Below the pieces are notes generated by a model. That model saw nothing but the letters and a program-made list of their open reading frames with translations. It searched no databases and had not been told where the DNA came from. From contig CM082577.2 in the NCBI GenBank assembly GCA_040954595.2, positions 19,690,303 through 19,754,302 of the forward strand: a stretch of 64,000 nt of DNA, in the 5' to 3' direction. Source of the DNA: Balanoglossus misakiensis. Its lineage: Eukaryota; Animalia; Hemichordata. The stretch's first letter is position 1, and every line of letters begins with the position of its first letter. This document shows, one piece after another, positions 63,294-64,000 of this stretch. The translations under genes were made by a program, and so were the position numbers.

Positions 63294-64000
63294 TAAACCT
63301 GTGTTCTTTTCTGACACCAAATTCAAACTTTTCAACGTACATACAGACACTGAATATGTTAAGCAACTATTGATTCTTTTGAACTTCTGTATAGGCATTT
63401 TGGTTTGGGGGGGGGGGGGGCATTGTACAGTTGCTGAAAGTTTTAAATGTTAAGGCAAACATGAAATATATTTCATACTGTGACATGTTTCTCCATCATA
63501 ACAATTTTTATTTTCAAACATTTAAAACACAAATAGCTAGTCGAAAATGATATTTTCTGACCTCTAAAAATACCAGTGTATTTTATACATGCAACTCTAA
63601 AAAAATGTACATACATGTCAAAGTATGTATCAATCACACTTCTGATATAGGGCAGTCTGAATATCAATACACATATTTCACAAAAGAACGGAAGTTCATA
63701 TTGTGCATGTGTAATCATATGCAAATCGAGCGTTTGACCTAGTTGTTATACGGAAGGTTCAGGAATGTTGTAAAATTTTGAACAGTATAGTGCGAAATGT
63801 ATTTATTGACAAACAGTTAGAGGCCACAGTGTGCGCCCTCTATGTCAGTTATTGTTACTTCCATTAAGGTGGCATTGCACGAAACTGTCAAGACTTTTTC
63901 AGAGGCCTATTTCTCATCAAAGACAACGTTAAAACCCCTATAAACCATACACATTCTAGAAGCTGAGTTTTTGAACTTTTGTTTGAGTTGCATATTTTAT

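Overview
Repeat-dense animal genomic DNA with spliceosomal GT-AG introns; a marine invertebrate origin is an impression only. Two host genes are supported. (1) The first coding exon of a TELO2-like gene lies on the minus strand (ATG at 15101, donor after 14743). (2) A 13-coding-exon plus-strand gene (38900-56794), mostly invisible in the ORF track, splices by hand into an uninterrupted ~520-aa secreted precursor: signal peptide, short pro-region with an R-E-K-R furin-type site, ten tandem one-exon-per-domain cysteine modules, and a dibasic-site plus Thr/Pro-rich tail. Eight modules follow C-x3-C-x3-C-x3/4-C-x10-C-x-C-x5/6-CC. Two have lost the same cysteine pair, leaving a six-cysteine beta-defensin-type spacing. 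The rest of the window is mostly non-autonomous transposons: nested and stacked Helentron/DINE-like elements, many MITEs with readable TIRs and TSDs, decayed LINE and Penelope-like fragments, and microsatellites. All coordinates were read by eye and may be off by a few bases.
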